Positions 39,215-53,801 of a stretch of DNA of 64,000 nucleotides are shown here, in pieces. The stretch spans positions 37,200,001-37,264,000 of the forward strand of contig OX597830.1 in the NCBI GenBank assembly GCA_951406725.2. Direction: 5' to 3'. Within the stretch, counting starts at the first letter, position 1, and each line of letters begins with the position of its first letter. The translations under genes and the position numbers were made by a program. This DNA comes from Octopus vulgaris. Its lineage: Eukaryota. The notes below the pieces were generated by a model, which made no database searches, was not told the origin of the DNA, and was given only the letters and a program-made list of their open reading frames with translations.

Positions 39215-42200
39215 ATGTGGGTGTGTGCGCGCGCATGTGTGTATATGTGTGTATGTGTGTATATATGCATGTATATATGTGTGTACTAGTGTTTATGAAG
39301 CCATCATCATAAAAGGTATGCAATGTTTGATTATCTTAAATTTTACACTATGAAATGAAGATTAGATTGGATAATTCAGTATCAATGAATGCGTTGAATG
39401 GTTTCTATTCTTTCATCGGTAATCGTTTACAATTGTAAAGGACTTTGACACTTAATTCGGTAATTATTAATCCAACCGAGGCTTTCGAGAATTGTTATTC
39501 TCTCAAGGTGGTTAAATGACATCACGAAAGCCCTGTAAACTACAAAAATAACACAAATTCTTGAGCATTTATTAACTAACATCATTAGGATTTTGAATGC
39601 AATTATATTCAGCATTAATTTTCTCCAACATGCAATATTGATGGCAGATAAAATGAACAATGATAGGAAAAACGCACACACAAAAATATGCAAAGAATGA
39701 GGTAGAAAAACTGGTTTGATCAGGCATCAGAGGTTATGCGTAGAAATTCAGAGATTTGATTAAAAAAAAATATGCGTGACAGAAAGCCAGTCCATAGGTG
39801 AGTGTGTAGAGATTGAGAGAGCAAAAGATTTACAGAGGAAGATGAATTGCATGAGAGCATAGAGTAAAGAGCCAAAGCAAGAATGTATTGGTTTGCAATT
39901 AATTTTCGGCACATGTATGAGAAGGGAACTCTCGTATAAAAGTGTGAAATGGAAAGAAAAAGACATGAGAGAATGATAGTATGTGGTTAAGGCGAATAAT
40001 AAAGTAAATATCGAAGAACATACAGACAAACATCAAATGAATACATTGTAAAATGAAAGCGTGCTGCTAAGTTTTATTTCAAGGCTGACGAAAATTGTTT
40101 CTGGAAACAGGAGAGATTTAAAAAGAAAAGGGACATGTTAACATTTGACTTAGTATGTGGGCCTCGAGAGAGGTTTTATTAATAACATTTAAAGAAATAT
40201 TAATATATTTCATTCTTAAAGGAATTGTATGCCTATAAAAGAACCCAATATATTCACGTCATATGTCTCATAATAGGAATCAATGAAATAGCAATGCGTT
40301 TAAATTCAATGTTTATATAACTCTTTATATTGGCATTCTCGTGTTGTATGCTATTCTGTGTCAGCAATCGAAACCAATAAAGGTTCACTTCTGATCGGTA
40401 AACCTGAATGAAATAACGCTGTTTTCATTTATCTAGTTCCACCACATACACACACATACACACACACACACGCACACACACAAACACACACATACACACA
40501 CATACACACACATATCTATATGTATGTATGTATACAAACAATATATATACATACAAACATACAGACACACCACACCCATATACACATACATACGTACGTA
40601 CATACACATACATGCATAAATACATGCATATATACATCCATTCATACATATATATATATATATATGTTTATATAGGAAGGATCTAGACCCTTCTTACTTA
40701 AAGACATACAAGCACATAGTTATTCCTGGATTATATTAATGCCGTAGTATATATGATATGTGTAAAAATCAGCAATTGTCAGCTGATACTGATGCGTCGA
40801 AACAATGATGGGCGATTGGAGTTAACTGGAATAGAATCTGTTCATTCCATCTTCGTGTATATCCTGTAAAGATAAAAGTCATACAGTATGAAACCATTTC
40901 GTAGCCGACACCCTTAGACGATCTTTGGAAAGCACGGTATAAGGTTAGAGCCCTCCCCGCCCTGTACACACGCACACACACATACACACACATATATGAA
41001 AAAAACGATACACTACAGAAAACAATAAGTAAACGTGGATTATTTCTTCAGGTGGATAAATGTCAGTATACATGTTTCACGTTTCCGGTCTTTCAGACGA
41101 TAGCTTCATAAATTATAGGATACTTGTATATATTTTGAAATATTAAATGAAATCTGTTGACAAATGTTCATCTCATATGCCAATGATACTTATAAAAAAA
41201 CGTGTGTTTCAAGTTCGTGTTTTCATCTTTATCAAATTAAGAAATACATATATAGCTAATATAGATTTAATTTTATTTTTATAATTCGTATTCTTTATAA
41301 ATTTCATAATTATGGGTCTGATGGTCTTCGGGATATTGACTTAACATTTCGTCGTTGACTACTCCCAGATCGACTCTGATTGTGCAAAGCAACAGCTAAT
41401 CAGTTATCGACTATGTTAGTAGTTTGGAATGCAACATGAAAGATGATAATTATGCTCTGGCAATAGATTTATGCTTTATAATTCGCTGTTTTATGCCATC
41501 ATGATTTAAAACATTTCTGCTAATATGAAGGGTGCAATGGAAAATAGTTATTTACAAAATTCTGCGAGACCGTCAGCATAAAAAAAGACAGTATAATAAA
41601 TAAGATGGAAAATATAGTTAAACTTTGAAAATTATATTCGTATCTACAGAAACCATTACCCATTTAACGAAAATGGTGGTCTGAAATATCAGTGCAACAT
41701 AATCATCAAAATGTTCCTTAATCTTTTAAATATTTTGCTAGAAATTGCTCTTAAGCAATTCCTGTCATCTGCTGCAAATTTCGCTTTCACTTTCTAACAG
41801 ACAGGAACAACAAGCTATTTCCATTAATCTCTTAATGAATAATTTAAAGAATACACATTTGTTCATGCGTTAGCACTGTTATATATGCATTAACTTCAGA
41901 CAAAGAATACATTTGAGGTGTTAATGCTTGTAGTTGATACTTGATTTTTATTCCTACACATTTCCCATGTTTTCTTTAATCAGATTTTCTTATTTCCCCA
42001 CGAATACGTGATGTTACTGCTGAAACAGTTTTAATCTGATACTTTCCTGAAATGACACACATGACAAAAGCCGTCTTTCGAAGGGGATTGACGTTATCAA
42101 TGACTATCGTATTGGCAGAAGTATAGCTCTATTTTTACTTTCTGTTTTGTCGTATATTTCACCAGGTATAAAAAAAAACATAATACATACAAGAAACAAG

Positions 42201-44085
42201 CAAACATCTAGAAGCATATAAACATGTGTTGGAATACCAGAACAAGCTTTTGTTTTAGACTTTGAAATATATTCGATAGCCTCGGCAGGAGACAATTTTG
42301 ATTTCATCGTCTATTTTCTTTTATAATTTACTCAAGTGTATGAATGGAAAACACATCAGTACTGCAAGTTCCAGTAGAATGGTAATACCGACACTCCTCA
42401 TGCCTTGCGTGAACAAGTACCGATCAACATCTGAAAATGAAAAGTAAGCTTGGCATAAGAAAGATCCGGGGATCTTGTTCGGATGCTTTCCACAAAGGGA
42501 ACTTCATTAAAAAATACTGAAGGCCAGAATGCTGTCATCTCTTTTGTTCCTCTAACAAATCATCCCCCATTATTCAGAACGCTGATGAAAAATATCCTTA
42601 TCTAGATATTAAATACCAACTTTTCTCAAGATGTAGCTTACTTGTTTGATTATAATATCCAACGCGCAATTTTCTTGTCTATAAAACCGTAGGGTGATTA
42701 CTTGAAGAAGATTTAGTTGTGAATTCTATAGGTCAAACGACGATCTAATTTCTTTTCATTTGGTTTAGATCTTTGTTAATCTCGGTGCCACCCAGATGAA
42801 GATGCCTCCCATGTATATATGTTGTTGAATGATAACAAAATCCTTTTGTATAAATTATGTTGGGTGAATGTATGAAAGCCCTAGTAAACATTCCTAATAA
42901 CGGATGTGATGAGGTCTCAGTTTGAATACGTTTCAAGAACCTAGTGAAACCACGAAAGAATATTAGGATTTGGAAACACTTTTAGTGGCTCTTTTTTTGT
43001 TGACAATTTTTTACGCTTTCGAATTTGTACATTGATATTAAATGAAATAATTGCTGAACACAGGAATATAAATATCTACACGCATCTATGCAAGTATATA
43101 TATATACTTACACACGCACGAACACTCACACACACATTTTACACAGAGAAAAAGATAGGAGAGCGAAGGAAAAAGAAAGCAAAGAGAGAGTTATTTGGCT
43201 CATATATATTCTCTCCCACACACATATGTTCTATATATGTGATAAAAGTATTTCATTGCTTTTATTCATATATGTCAGCTCATGGCATCGTTAAGTGAAA
43301 ACTTTCCCACCATTATTCACGTGCTTCACATTCCATCAGTAACTTGTTATATCCACAATAATACTCTATCGAATATCCATTCTTCCGTTGCTTTCTAAGC
43401 TCAAAATTCTAGCTAATTTGTTTTACAACTGCAACCATTTGCTATGTAAGAAGTATTCACAGAAATGTAAATATTTTCAATCCATATCTCTTATATACAG
43501 AAATCAGTGTAACGCCATTGTGAAAAATTAGATTACTTAGAGGACTAAACCTACACACACTCTCAATTCTCGCTTGATAAAGCTTTATTCTTGCTATTCT
43601 GATAATCCAAACAATTCCTTATAATTTCCTATAAATCCGAGATCCATGTTTAAAATGTAGGTATAAGCAATAGTAGTAGTATTGTTATTGTTATTAAGTG
43701 TGAGACTCGCTGCTGTTGCTAGCCGAAACGCCATTACCAACTACGCCAGCAATACGTCCATCTGAGTTATGGTATAGTCATTGCATGGGGATTGTACTTT
43801 GTATGTGTTGGTTGAATTCCTTTACATCTTTATAGTTAGTTCGTATGATATATATTGTGAGTTGAGGATCTTGAGCAAACGCTATTGAAATATCCTGCAC
43901 AAAAGAATAGCTTGAAATATACATTATAACATAGTAAACTCAAACTAATGAATACATCTAGCCATCTGCTATCTGTAGTGTAATTATATTTCATTGATGA
44001 GGATTCTAATAATACCGAAAAACATCTGGTGAAACTCAGAATCCAACATTCACTACATTTAGTTTTAATTAATAATTTATATATA

Positions 44086-44411
44086 CTTTTTTCACTCCGC
44101 CGGTTACGACGACGAGGGTCCCAGCTGATACGATCAACGGAACAGCTTGCTCGTGAAATTAACGTGCAAATGGCTGAGCATTCCACAGACACGTGTACCC
44201 CTAACGTAGTTCTCGGGGATAATCAGCGTGACACAGAGAGTGACAAGGCTGACCCTTTGAAATACAAGTACAACTCATTTTTGCCAGCTGAGTGGACTGG
44301 AGCAACGTGAAATAAAGTGTCTTGCTCAAGGACACAACGCGTCGCCGGGAATCGAACTCACAACCTTACGATCATGAGCCGAATGCCCTAACCACTAAGC
44401 CACGCGCCCTC
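44086..44411 (-). mobile_element. Full-length tRNA/CORE-type SINE family C
   Basis: Head GGCGCGTGGCTTAGTGGTTAGG...GAGTTCGATTCCC; CORE-like TGTGTCCTTGAGCAAGACACTT; 12-bp TSD AATTTATATATA at 44074-44085 and 44412-44423. Confidence 0.9.
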
Positions 44412-44531
44412 AATTTATATATAGAGCTTACATAAAGAGGATCTGCTTTCTTGCCTTTTATTGATAAAAGTTATTTTTAAAAATAGTGATTCAAACTTCG
44501 TACTTTGGGTCAGATTTTGATGAATTAGTAT

Positions 44532-44614
<83 letters not shown>

Positions 44615-44744
44615 ACCGTCTGACTGTCTTTGTATTAGATGCGCGTGCGAGTAGGTGTGTAATGTTAACAACTACCCCACTGAAGAATGCCTCTGCGCCA
44701 CGGACACCGAAGTAATAGGAACACAGACGTATTTAATAATGATT

Positions 44745-45163
44745 TAAAATATTTGCCACAAGGGCAGCTTGGGGAAGAAGATTAAGTGGACTGCATCGAT
44801 CGCAGTACGTAACTGCTACTTATTTAATCGACCTCGAAAGGATGAAAGGCATAGTGGACCTCGGCGGAATTTGAACTCAGAACGTCACAGCAGATTAAAT
44901 ACCGCTGAGCATTTCGCCGGGCTGCTAACGCTTCTTATTTGTTTACTGCCCACAAGGGGATGCATACAGAGAGAACAAACAAGGACAGAGATAGGTATTA
45001 AGTCGACTACATCGACCCAATGCGTAACTGGTACTTATTTAATCGACCTCGAAAGGATGAAAGGATAAGTCGACCTCGGCGGAATTTGAACTCAGAACGT
45101 AGCGGCAGAGGAAATACCTCTAAGCATTTCACCCGGCGTGCTAACGTTTCTGCCAGCTCGCCG
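44745..45163 (-). mobile_element. Head-to-tail MetaSINE dimer
   Basis: Two Meta domains; junction at about 44934. Confidence 0.85.
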
Positions 45164-47204
45164 TCTTTGAGATGCATTTAATAATATTTATTTCGTCGGA
45201 ATTACTACTTGCAAATAAAATAAACGCTTCTTTCAAAAATTTCTTTAGTAAGCGTAAGTGGTAATTCGTGCGGGGGACCACATTACTTACCGTAACTTTC
45301 TTTTGAGCATTTTCTTTATAGTTATGTTTTTCTCTAAATCGTTTGCAGCAAATGTGAATTGTATTGATAGCAACCAAGATTTGAAAGCGTAGTGATGTTT
45401 TAGCCAATGTAACCATTATTCTTTCGAACGACAACATTCGCCTCATTATGAAAAAGAATATTTATACAAGTTAAGCCGAATAATAATCTGTAAAACTGAG
45501 AAATACAAAGGCTGTACGTTTCCTTTTATTAAGTCTAAACATGCGTGTATTGTAATAGCTTATTATTGTGGCCCTAAAATATATAAGAACGAAGTGCAGG
45601 ATGTTGTATAATTAATTCTAAGACAAAAAGACAATGCCGAGTGAGAGATATTCATTGTCACGTAAAGGTCAGTTCGATAAATGCAATCAATGAAAAACAA
45701 AAACGAAAGCATCAATGAAATTTTATGAATGCAGATATTCGCTGGAAATAATTGTATTCATGTATCTTACAAATTATTAGCGAAGATCCTAAATTAAACT
45801 CATTGTTGATTACAATCTACAAATCGTTAGTCTTATCGAATCAAACAGATCGATGCTTAATATCTAAGACTGAACATTCTATTCCATATTCTGAGGTTAG
45901 GAATACACATGTTCCTTTATTTGCAACGTGTCTGCAATGTTCTTACAGCATCATGAGTCAAGCACAATCGACACAGTCAACATCAATAACATTGATTTTA
46001 GTTGTCATTACAACATTATGAAGACAGTAGAATAGTAACAGCTGAAATCAATACAAATAGCTACAAACTACTTAACGTCCTAAAGTGTTAAAAAGACAAC
46101 CTGAATAGCATTAGTGAATGAAAAATACGACGTTGGATATAAAAGCAATACTTTATAGATGTTACACCACTGTTTAACAACATCAACCGATTCAAAAGCG
46201 GTATCAGAATGTTTTCGCCACTATTATTACAAGCAAAGATACGATTCAGCACCGACAAAAAAAAAAGCATAAATCAAATAACAGCAGCACAAACAAAATC
46301 AAACAAAAGAAACTCCAACAAAATATGCATGTAATGTAATAATGAAATCCATTGATATCAAATGAATGTGAAGGCTTCAATGAAATATCACCCATAACAT
46401 TAATAACACAATACCCAACGCTTAAAAGCCTCTCTTGTAGAGTTCATTGATTGTGCTATCCAGCACACAAGTTAATCAATATATCGAAGAGCAGGTTTAA
46501 TTATTTTGAATTGTCAGTGGTATTATTTCCTCGAGCTTAATATATTGAAAGCAGTCTGGAAAGTTGAAGAAAAAGAAAATGAAATGCTTAAACAACAATC
46601 CAGATTCTAAACATGAATAAAAACAATATTGATCCTGTTTCCGTGGGTACCAACAGACACAATATTTGAAGGCAAGATTGAGTATAATGAAATATTGCCA
46701 AATATTTTTTTTCTCAAATTTCTTTCAATCAAACAACTTTGAATTTAGAGAAAAACATGGTAAAGGAAATTTTCATCCGTTCGAAAAAAGAATTTGACTG
46801 ATAAAATTACAATTGCGACCAAGATTTCATAGATGAATGCAGAAGTTTGAAAGTTTTATGCAGGGCCAGAAATATTTGCAAATTTATTAGAAAATATTCA
46901 GTAATAAAAACTTAGTTGAGTTGTTATTGTTTTCATTGTTTAATTACAAGGCAAATCATTGTTTAATTACAGGCAAATCTAAGGTCGAAGGTGTTTTTAA
47001 GTGCATTATCAATCCCATATTTTTAGGTATTTGTACAATCATATCAAGTTTAATATAGATTTAAGATAAGTCGTTAAGGAGTAATTTTTAGTTTTAGGAA
47101 ACATTGGCTGCTATTTTGAGCATGTCAAACGCTCAGTTTCTGATATTCACATTGTTATTTTTCCGTCTTCTTCCCCGGAATAATATGAATAATATTCACG
47201 CCAT

Positions 47205-47394
47205 CGTGAAGTCTATTCGCCACTTAAATGTGGCTAACCCTTAAGGGTGGATGCTACTGTAGCCCCAGGAGGACACCTACTCCAGCTGGCTGTTGACACG
47301 CTTTCTGTGCCCTATCAGTATTTGCAAAGGGAAGCCACCCTTCCCGTCTTCAACCTATGATACACACGGACTCGAGTTTCCGAGTGAGATTTAT
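47205..47394. mobile_element. Unclassified 190-bp retroposed insertion
   Basis: GC-rich block flanked by a 15-bp direct repeat TAATATT(C/T)ACGCCAT at 47190-47204 and 47395-47409. Confidence 0.7.
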
Positions 47395-48193
47395 TAATAT
47401 TTACGCCATTATATATAAAATATATAAAACAGAGACATAATTAATTCCTTGACAACTTGAGTCAATCAATGATGCTATTATACAACTCAACTTCAAGTAA
47501 CATACTAACGTCTTAAAAAAAGAAAACAATTTTTATAAAACAGTAACATATTCATAAACTCTGTCACTGCCCAGAACGTTTTCCATCACAAATACACTCA
47601 GAACGTAGCATATTCATTCATTTGCCATAAAATTTTCAATAGTGTTTTCACAAGATGTATTGCGTCTAACAATTCGGTGACTTTGGAAAAAAAGCAAAAC
47701 GAAAAAGCCAAACTAAATGAATTATAGTGAAGAGTAAGATACTATGATACTACATCGTAGGATACTACATCGTCATTGCTGAGGATAACTATTTCAAAAG
47801 TATATAGATTGAATTAGTTTGCCGTAAGGAAACGGTAAAATCTAATGATCAACTGCAAAAAACTAGAAACTTTCTCTTCCTTGAGGCAACTGCATTTACT
47901 CTACATTTGAACGAATTTCATTAAAACAAATTGTTTCTCGATTCAATAATCAATTCACAATGATGGTGTTTTATTTTATATGCCTCAATTTATCCATATA
48001 ACAAGACCTCAAATGCGTTGTTTACGACATGATCGAAGTTACCTCTCTTCCACAAATTTTTGACTTACTGCCATTTTAAGAGACTGTTATTATTGGAATG
48101 GAAACATATTTATTTCATAGAGCCGGAAATTGTGCCAATACATTTAACACATATGTACACATTCATATACATATGTACACACACACACACACA

Positions 48194-48281
<88 letters not shown>

Positions 48282-48289
48282 ATATATAT

Positions 48290-48480
48290 ATCGCCATGTT
48301 GATTCGCTAGCTTCTGCACGCATTTTTTTCTCTCCTTGTTTCTTTCTGTGTTTCTTTTCTGTGTATCTTTCTGTTGAAGAGCGTAGGCTCGAAACGTAAA
48401 GACTTGTTTTATTTATATTCCTGAGCGCCATACTAATACTTCCCGTCTTTTGTTTATTATATATAAAGCTTCCCGTTATA
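48290..48480 (+). mobile_element. Family P pLTR with hammerhead-like motif (48366-48402), inside a TA array
   Basis: UCUUU CUGUUGA A GAGC guag GCUC GAAA CG UA/ AAGA. Confidence 0.75.
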
Positions 48481-48999
48481 TATATATATGTACATGGGCA
48501 TCCACACGCACACACAGATGTATGCATACATACATATACGAATAATTACAAGTTGTATTGATGTATTCCAGTATGTTTGAGACCAGGAGAAACGTTTATT
48601 ACTATCGAACGGCAAAATCTCTTAATCTTGAAAGGAGCATCCTGTTACTTCATTGCACTTGTTGCATCGCTCTACTCATTTCGCGAAGGACCCGTGGGGG
48701 TACTTCAACGTGAGTGTGTCTAGAACACTCGTAACAACCTCTTTCCTCCTTTCAATGTCTACAAAACGACTGCTACCGAGATTTTTCGTCAGCTTCGAGA
48801 ACGGCAAAAAGTCACAGGAATCAAGGTCTGGATTCTACGGACAGTTTTAATGGTTGCATAAATAGCAAAGAATTTTTTTCTCAATAGTACACATACAAAA
48901 AATATACACAAAAAAGAGAAAAGTATATAAAAGTTATAAAAGAAACATAAACAATGAAATAAAAAGTAATAATGATATATATATATATATATATATATG

Positions 49000-49835
49000 A
49001 CATCAGGTCAGTATTCAAGAGTAATACAACACTTCGCAAATATATCATTCAAGTAAAACCACCAATAGAAGAGAATATGACCAAAGACTGCGTGTAATCC
49101 ATCCCATGCAGCTGTGGTAGGTTATACAAAGGCGAAATATGCCGCCCCTTCAAAATAAGTGTAGACGAACATCGCAAACTGTGACACGAGGAGTTATTGA
49201 TAAATCGGGTATAGCTGATCATATATGGAAAAATGTGGACCACCTCCCCCTGTGGGATGAAGTTAAAATAATAGACAGAAAACACACCTGGAAAATACGG
49301 AAACTAAAAGAAGCAGCACATATGCTAGGACACAACAACCTTCTAAACAGACCGAGTGCAGATATGAGTATCATAGGGGAACCAGTATTAAGGAAAGATA
49401 GGAAAATATTAGATTTATAAGCCCTAAAATTCACTCCATAATTACCCACGGGGATATGGACTAGTGGTTAAGAGCACGGGCTACTAACCCCAAGATTTCG
49501 ATTTAATAATAATAATAATAATAATAATAATGATAATAATAATAATAATAACAACAATAACAACAACAACAATAACAACAACAACAATAACAACAATAAC
49601 AACAACAACAATAACAACAATAACAACAACAACAACAATAACAACAACAACAACAACATTGAAAAATACCATAGGAATGAGAACAGGTTCGAAATTTCCC
49701 CAAGACACCTGATGAAGGCTGGAAGGTATATCAGTCGAAATCTTGTGTTAACAACAAAGAAGATGACGACAAATATCCGTCAAATATAAATAATATAAAT
49801 AATGTATATAATTCCTCTTCTCTTAAACATAGAAC
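49000..49835 (+). mobile_element. 5'-truncated Penelope-like element: GIY-YIG end, (AAT/AAC)n spacer, pLTR with decayed hammerhead
   Basis: CV*SIPCSCGRLYKGE, DEHRK, SGIADHIW, RKLKEAAHM; ACAC CTGATGA A GGCTGG..TCAGTC GAAA..GTGT at 49705-49748. Confidence 0.88.
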
Positions 49836-50226
49836 CGTACAGTGATCTCATATCAAGAAAAATAGTGCATGACCCTGCAAGTAGCCCATCTCGGCCAAAA
49901 ACCCATTGAATAACAGTTGTTTAAAGATGAAGAAAACCCCCATGTTTCCGAAGGTGATTTTTCCAAACGCCAAAGAATACCTCTCAGCGCATGGCTTTGA
50001 TGCTCCCCCACTACTTCTGCTCGTGATCAGCGATGCACATATCGTCAGCCACTAAGGGACATGCTCAACTAGTTATGGTCAAGCAACTGAGAAGCAAATC
50101 TAGTATTGAGCAGAATATTTGTGGTAAACCTTCATTATGCAAAACAAAACAATGTACATGATATTACTTCCAATCAGTTAAGATCAGATGCCATGAGAGC
50201 CACTGCCTTGTATGTTATTATTATTC

Positions 50227-50276
<50 letters not shown>

Positions 50277-50314
50277 GGTGGTGGTGGTGGTGGTGGTCCT
50301 GGTGGTGGTGCTGT

Positions 50315-50708
50315 TTTACTTCTCGGAGAGCTCTATCATATTTGGTCTGGTTGATTTTGAGAAAGCGGACTGCAGCCTGTTCTCAGCAGATCAGTTCTTC
50401 GATTTGTTCAGCTCTTATGTCAATTCGGATTTCTCCGACCTATCTCTCTAACTCCAAGTGCCTCTACAACTACTGAGAGATGCTCTCCTCATAGTCCACA
50501 TTCATAGGCCACATTCTTGCAATTTCGTCTTTTCAACCTTTATGTACTTTTCAACTTTTCCTAGTTCTTTATCACTTGCGCCTATTGCAATATCTATAAT
50601 CTTGGTTTCCCTTTTTCCTTTACCGCAATAGTATCTGGCCTCCAAGTATCGATTAGCGAGCAACATTGGATTGTAATATTGCACAAGGTCGTATATTCAT
50701 TGTAAAAT
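50315..50708 (-). pseudogene. R4/Dong-like non-LTR element C-terminal restriction-like endonuclease remnant
   Basis: TIQCCSLIDTWRPDTIAV, ETKIIDIAI, KELGKVEKY, VVVEALGV; flanked by trinucleotide arrays. Confidence 0.75.
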
Positions 50709-50709
50709 A

Positions 50710-50771
50710 ATCTTCTTCTTCTTCTTCTTCTTCTTCTTCTTCTTCTTCTTCTTCTTCTTCTTCTTCTTCTT

Positions 50772-50802
<31 letters not shown>

Positions 50803-50805
50803 TTC

Positions 50806-50878
<73 letters not shown>

Positions 50879-50910
50879 CATTATTATTATTATCATCATT
50901 ATTTTCATTA
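50710..50910. repeat. (CTT)n-(ATT)n microsatellite
   Basis: Read directly. Confidence 0.95.
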
Positions 50911-51697
50911 TTCAAAGAGTGTATTAAACGATTGCATTACGACGTCTCTCATCGTCTGCGTCATCATTTTACATAGTGCGCTTTAATTTTATTCTCATTA
51001 CTTTGTTCTCGCCAGATAGTTTTCGTGCTCGTTCTCTTTACATCTCTTTTAATTAATGATATGCATTTTCTTAATCTCTGTCTCTCCGCCTCACATTTTC
51101 TATTTGTGATTTGTATATTCTTATTAAAATCAGTAGATTTCCCTTGAATAATATTACGCTATGCTTTCAAAATGAAATAGCCAGATTTTTTAATTTATAA
51201 AAACAATAGTATATTGCCAAACTAAATGAAATCGTAATGGATCACGTATAATATCATTGTCGTATAAGTTTATTAATCAGAGTTCTATTCAAATATTTCA
51301 TTAGTATATTTTATCGCTAATTGTTAATATTTTTGTCAGGAAAATGATTTATTGGTAAATATTAAACTTTTAAACTTGCGGTAGGAGAATGCATAATTAC
51401 TTTAATTTAAACCTACATTAATTACGGGGTATTGGAAGCATAAGAATATAATTAGTGGCGATAAACAAGTTCAACAAATTTAATATATATCAGAATGTGA
51501 ATATGAATAATTTCATCACTAGATTAGATAATAGTAACCAATAATATTTAAAAATATATCTACTATATATATCTACACACACACACAATCAAATATATAT
51601 ATTTATATAAATATATATATATATATATACATACGCACACACACATACATATATTTAATATACGTACAAATATTCATATAAATATATGTATATAAAA

Positions 51698-52017
51698 TGG
51701 AGCACTGCGTCGGGTACGACGACGAGGTTCCCAGCTGAAACGATCAACGGAACAGCTTGCTCGTGAAATTAACGTGCAAGTCGCCGAGCACTCCATAGTC
51801 ACGTGTACTCTTAACCGAGTTCGCAGGGAGATTCAGCGTGATAGATTATGGCAACGCTGGCCCTTTGAAATACAGGCACAACTCATTTTTACTAGCTGAG
51901 TGGACTGGAGCAACGTGAGATAAAGGGTCTTGCTGAAGGACCCAAAGTGTCGCCGGGAATTGAACTCACGACTTTACGATCGTGAGCCGAATGCCCTAAC
52001 CACTAAGCCACGCGCAT
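51698..52017 (-). mobile_element. Family C SINE
   Basis: Aligns with 44086-44411. Confidence 0.88.
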
Positions 52018-52083
52018 TCACACACACAGACACACAGACACAGACACACAGACACACGCACACACACAGACACACAGACACAA

Positions 52084-52116
<33 letters not shown>

Positions 52117-52137
52117 CACACACAAACACACAGACAA

Positions 52138-52175
<38 letters not shown>

Positions 52176-52179
52176 AGTA

Positions 52180-52535
52180 GTGGTGCATTGGCCCTGTGGT
52201 TAGGATTCGTGGTCGTAGGATCACGGTTTCAATTCCCAGACCGAGCGCTGAGCGTGTTTATCGAGCGAAAACTCCTAAAGCTACACGAGGCTCCGACAGG
52301 TGGTGGTGGTGAGCCCTGCCGTACTCTTTCACCACAACTTTCACAATATCTTCCTGTTTCTGTTGTACCTGTATTTCAAAGGGCCAGCCATGTCACGCTG
52401 AATTATCCCGAGAACTAGGTTAAGGGTACACGTATCTGTGGAGTGCTCAGCCACTTGCACGTTAATTTCACGAACATGCTGTTCCGTTAGTCGGATCAAC
52501 TGGAACCCTCGTAGTCGTAACCGACGGAGTGCCAC
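52180..52535 (+). mobile_element. Family C SINE (variant head)
   Basis: Reverse complement of the 32944-33295 type. Confidence 0.85.
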
Positions 52536-53330
52536 AATATTTATACTTGCTTGTATATGAGTCTGTGTGTAAGTATCTATTTTCTATAAACTTGTAATCA
52601 TCGTTATAAAATATGTCTATTTATTGCATTCATACCCTTCCTCATTTCACAAAATACTTAATCACTTCTATATTTCCTTATCATTTTGACGTCTGCAACC
52701 GTACAAATGTTGACAAACAATCAATCACAGTCACTAAAATTAATCAAATTGGCGGGTGACTTATTTACATATACCACAGGGTATGATTACTAAAGCCTGC
52801 TAATTGTGTTGCCATGCTTTAATCCAATTTTCAGCTTAGATTTTATTTTTATTATAGTTTTTTTTTTATTTCAACCTCGTGCAGACATCTGTGTTTTTCC
52901 GTTGCCTCAGTTTACATTTGTTGGTTTCCTTTTCTGTTGTGTCTGTCGTAGATGGTTGTATTATTAATACTTCATATCTTACAACTACTGCTAACTATCT
53001 AACTAGTGTAGACTTTCCTAATTGGTTTGAATATTTAATAGCTCGAATTCAGAAGTGGTTAGGGAAGAGTGAATGCTGTAACTATATTCACAAATGATTA
53101 ATCAAATACAGACATACATATATGCAGACACACATGCATTTTTCAGACTAAAATTTGCAGCCCAAAAAGGTAGACCGGCTTACACACTAAAACGACTTTG
53201 GAGGACCAAAAGTTGCGTCTGAAATGCAACATGATTTGGAAATGTCGTGAAGACTGATGAATGTTTACACAACATGTTTAAATTATTTATCAACTAAAGT
53301 CTTTCTCCACTTCTCTGTCGGAAAATACGA

Positions 53331-53391
<61 letters not shown>

Positions 53392-53484
53392 GTCTGTCTG
53401 TCTGTCTGTCTGTCCGTCCGTCCGTCCGTCCGTCTGTCTGTCTGTCTGTCTGTCTGTCTGTATGTATGTATGTATGTATGTATG

Positions 53485-53523
<39 letters not shown>

Positions 53524-53544
53524 ATCTATATATCTATCTATCAA

Positions 53545-53670
53545 CATATTGTTTCTCTCTCCGCATTTTCCCTCTCTATCCTTTCTGTCGAAGAGCGTAA
53601 GCTCGAAATGTGTTAAACTAATACACTCGCTTGTTTTTCCTTCACCTGTATTCGTATTTTGTTAAAATGA
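53545..53670 (+). mobile_element. Family P pLTR fragment
   Basis: CTTT CTGTCGA A GAGC gtaa GCTC GAAA at 53581-53608. Confidence 0.65.
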
Positions 53671-53688
53671 ACACACACACACACATAC

Positions 53689-53734
<46 letters not shown>

Positions 53735-53769
53735 ACACACACACATACACACACATACACACACACACG

Positions 53770-53801
<32 letters not shown>

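Noticed and set aside
44340-44411. tRNA gene-like sequences (also 60971, 10051, 52180)
   Set aside because: They are SINE heads continuing into SINE bodies, some with TSDs.
49468-49712. Cys-rich, poly-Leu and poly-Thr ORFs resembling metallothionein or mucin
   Set aside because: Translations of the (AAC/AAT)n array.
49870-50210. GC-richer block that may be an interspersed repeat
   Set aside because: No second copy, TSD or diagnostic motif within this window.
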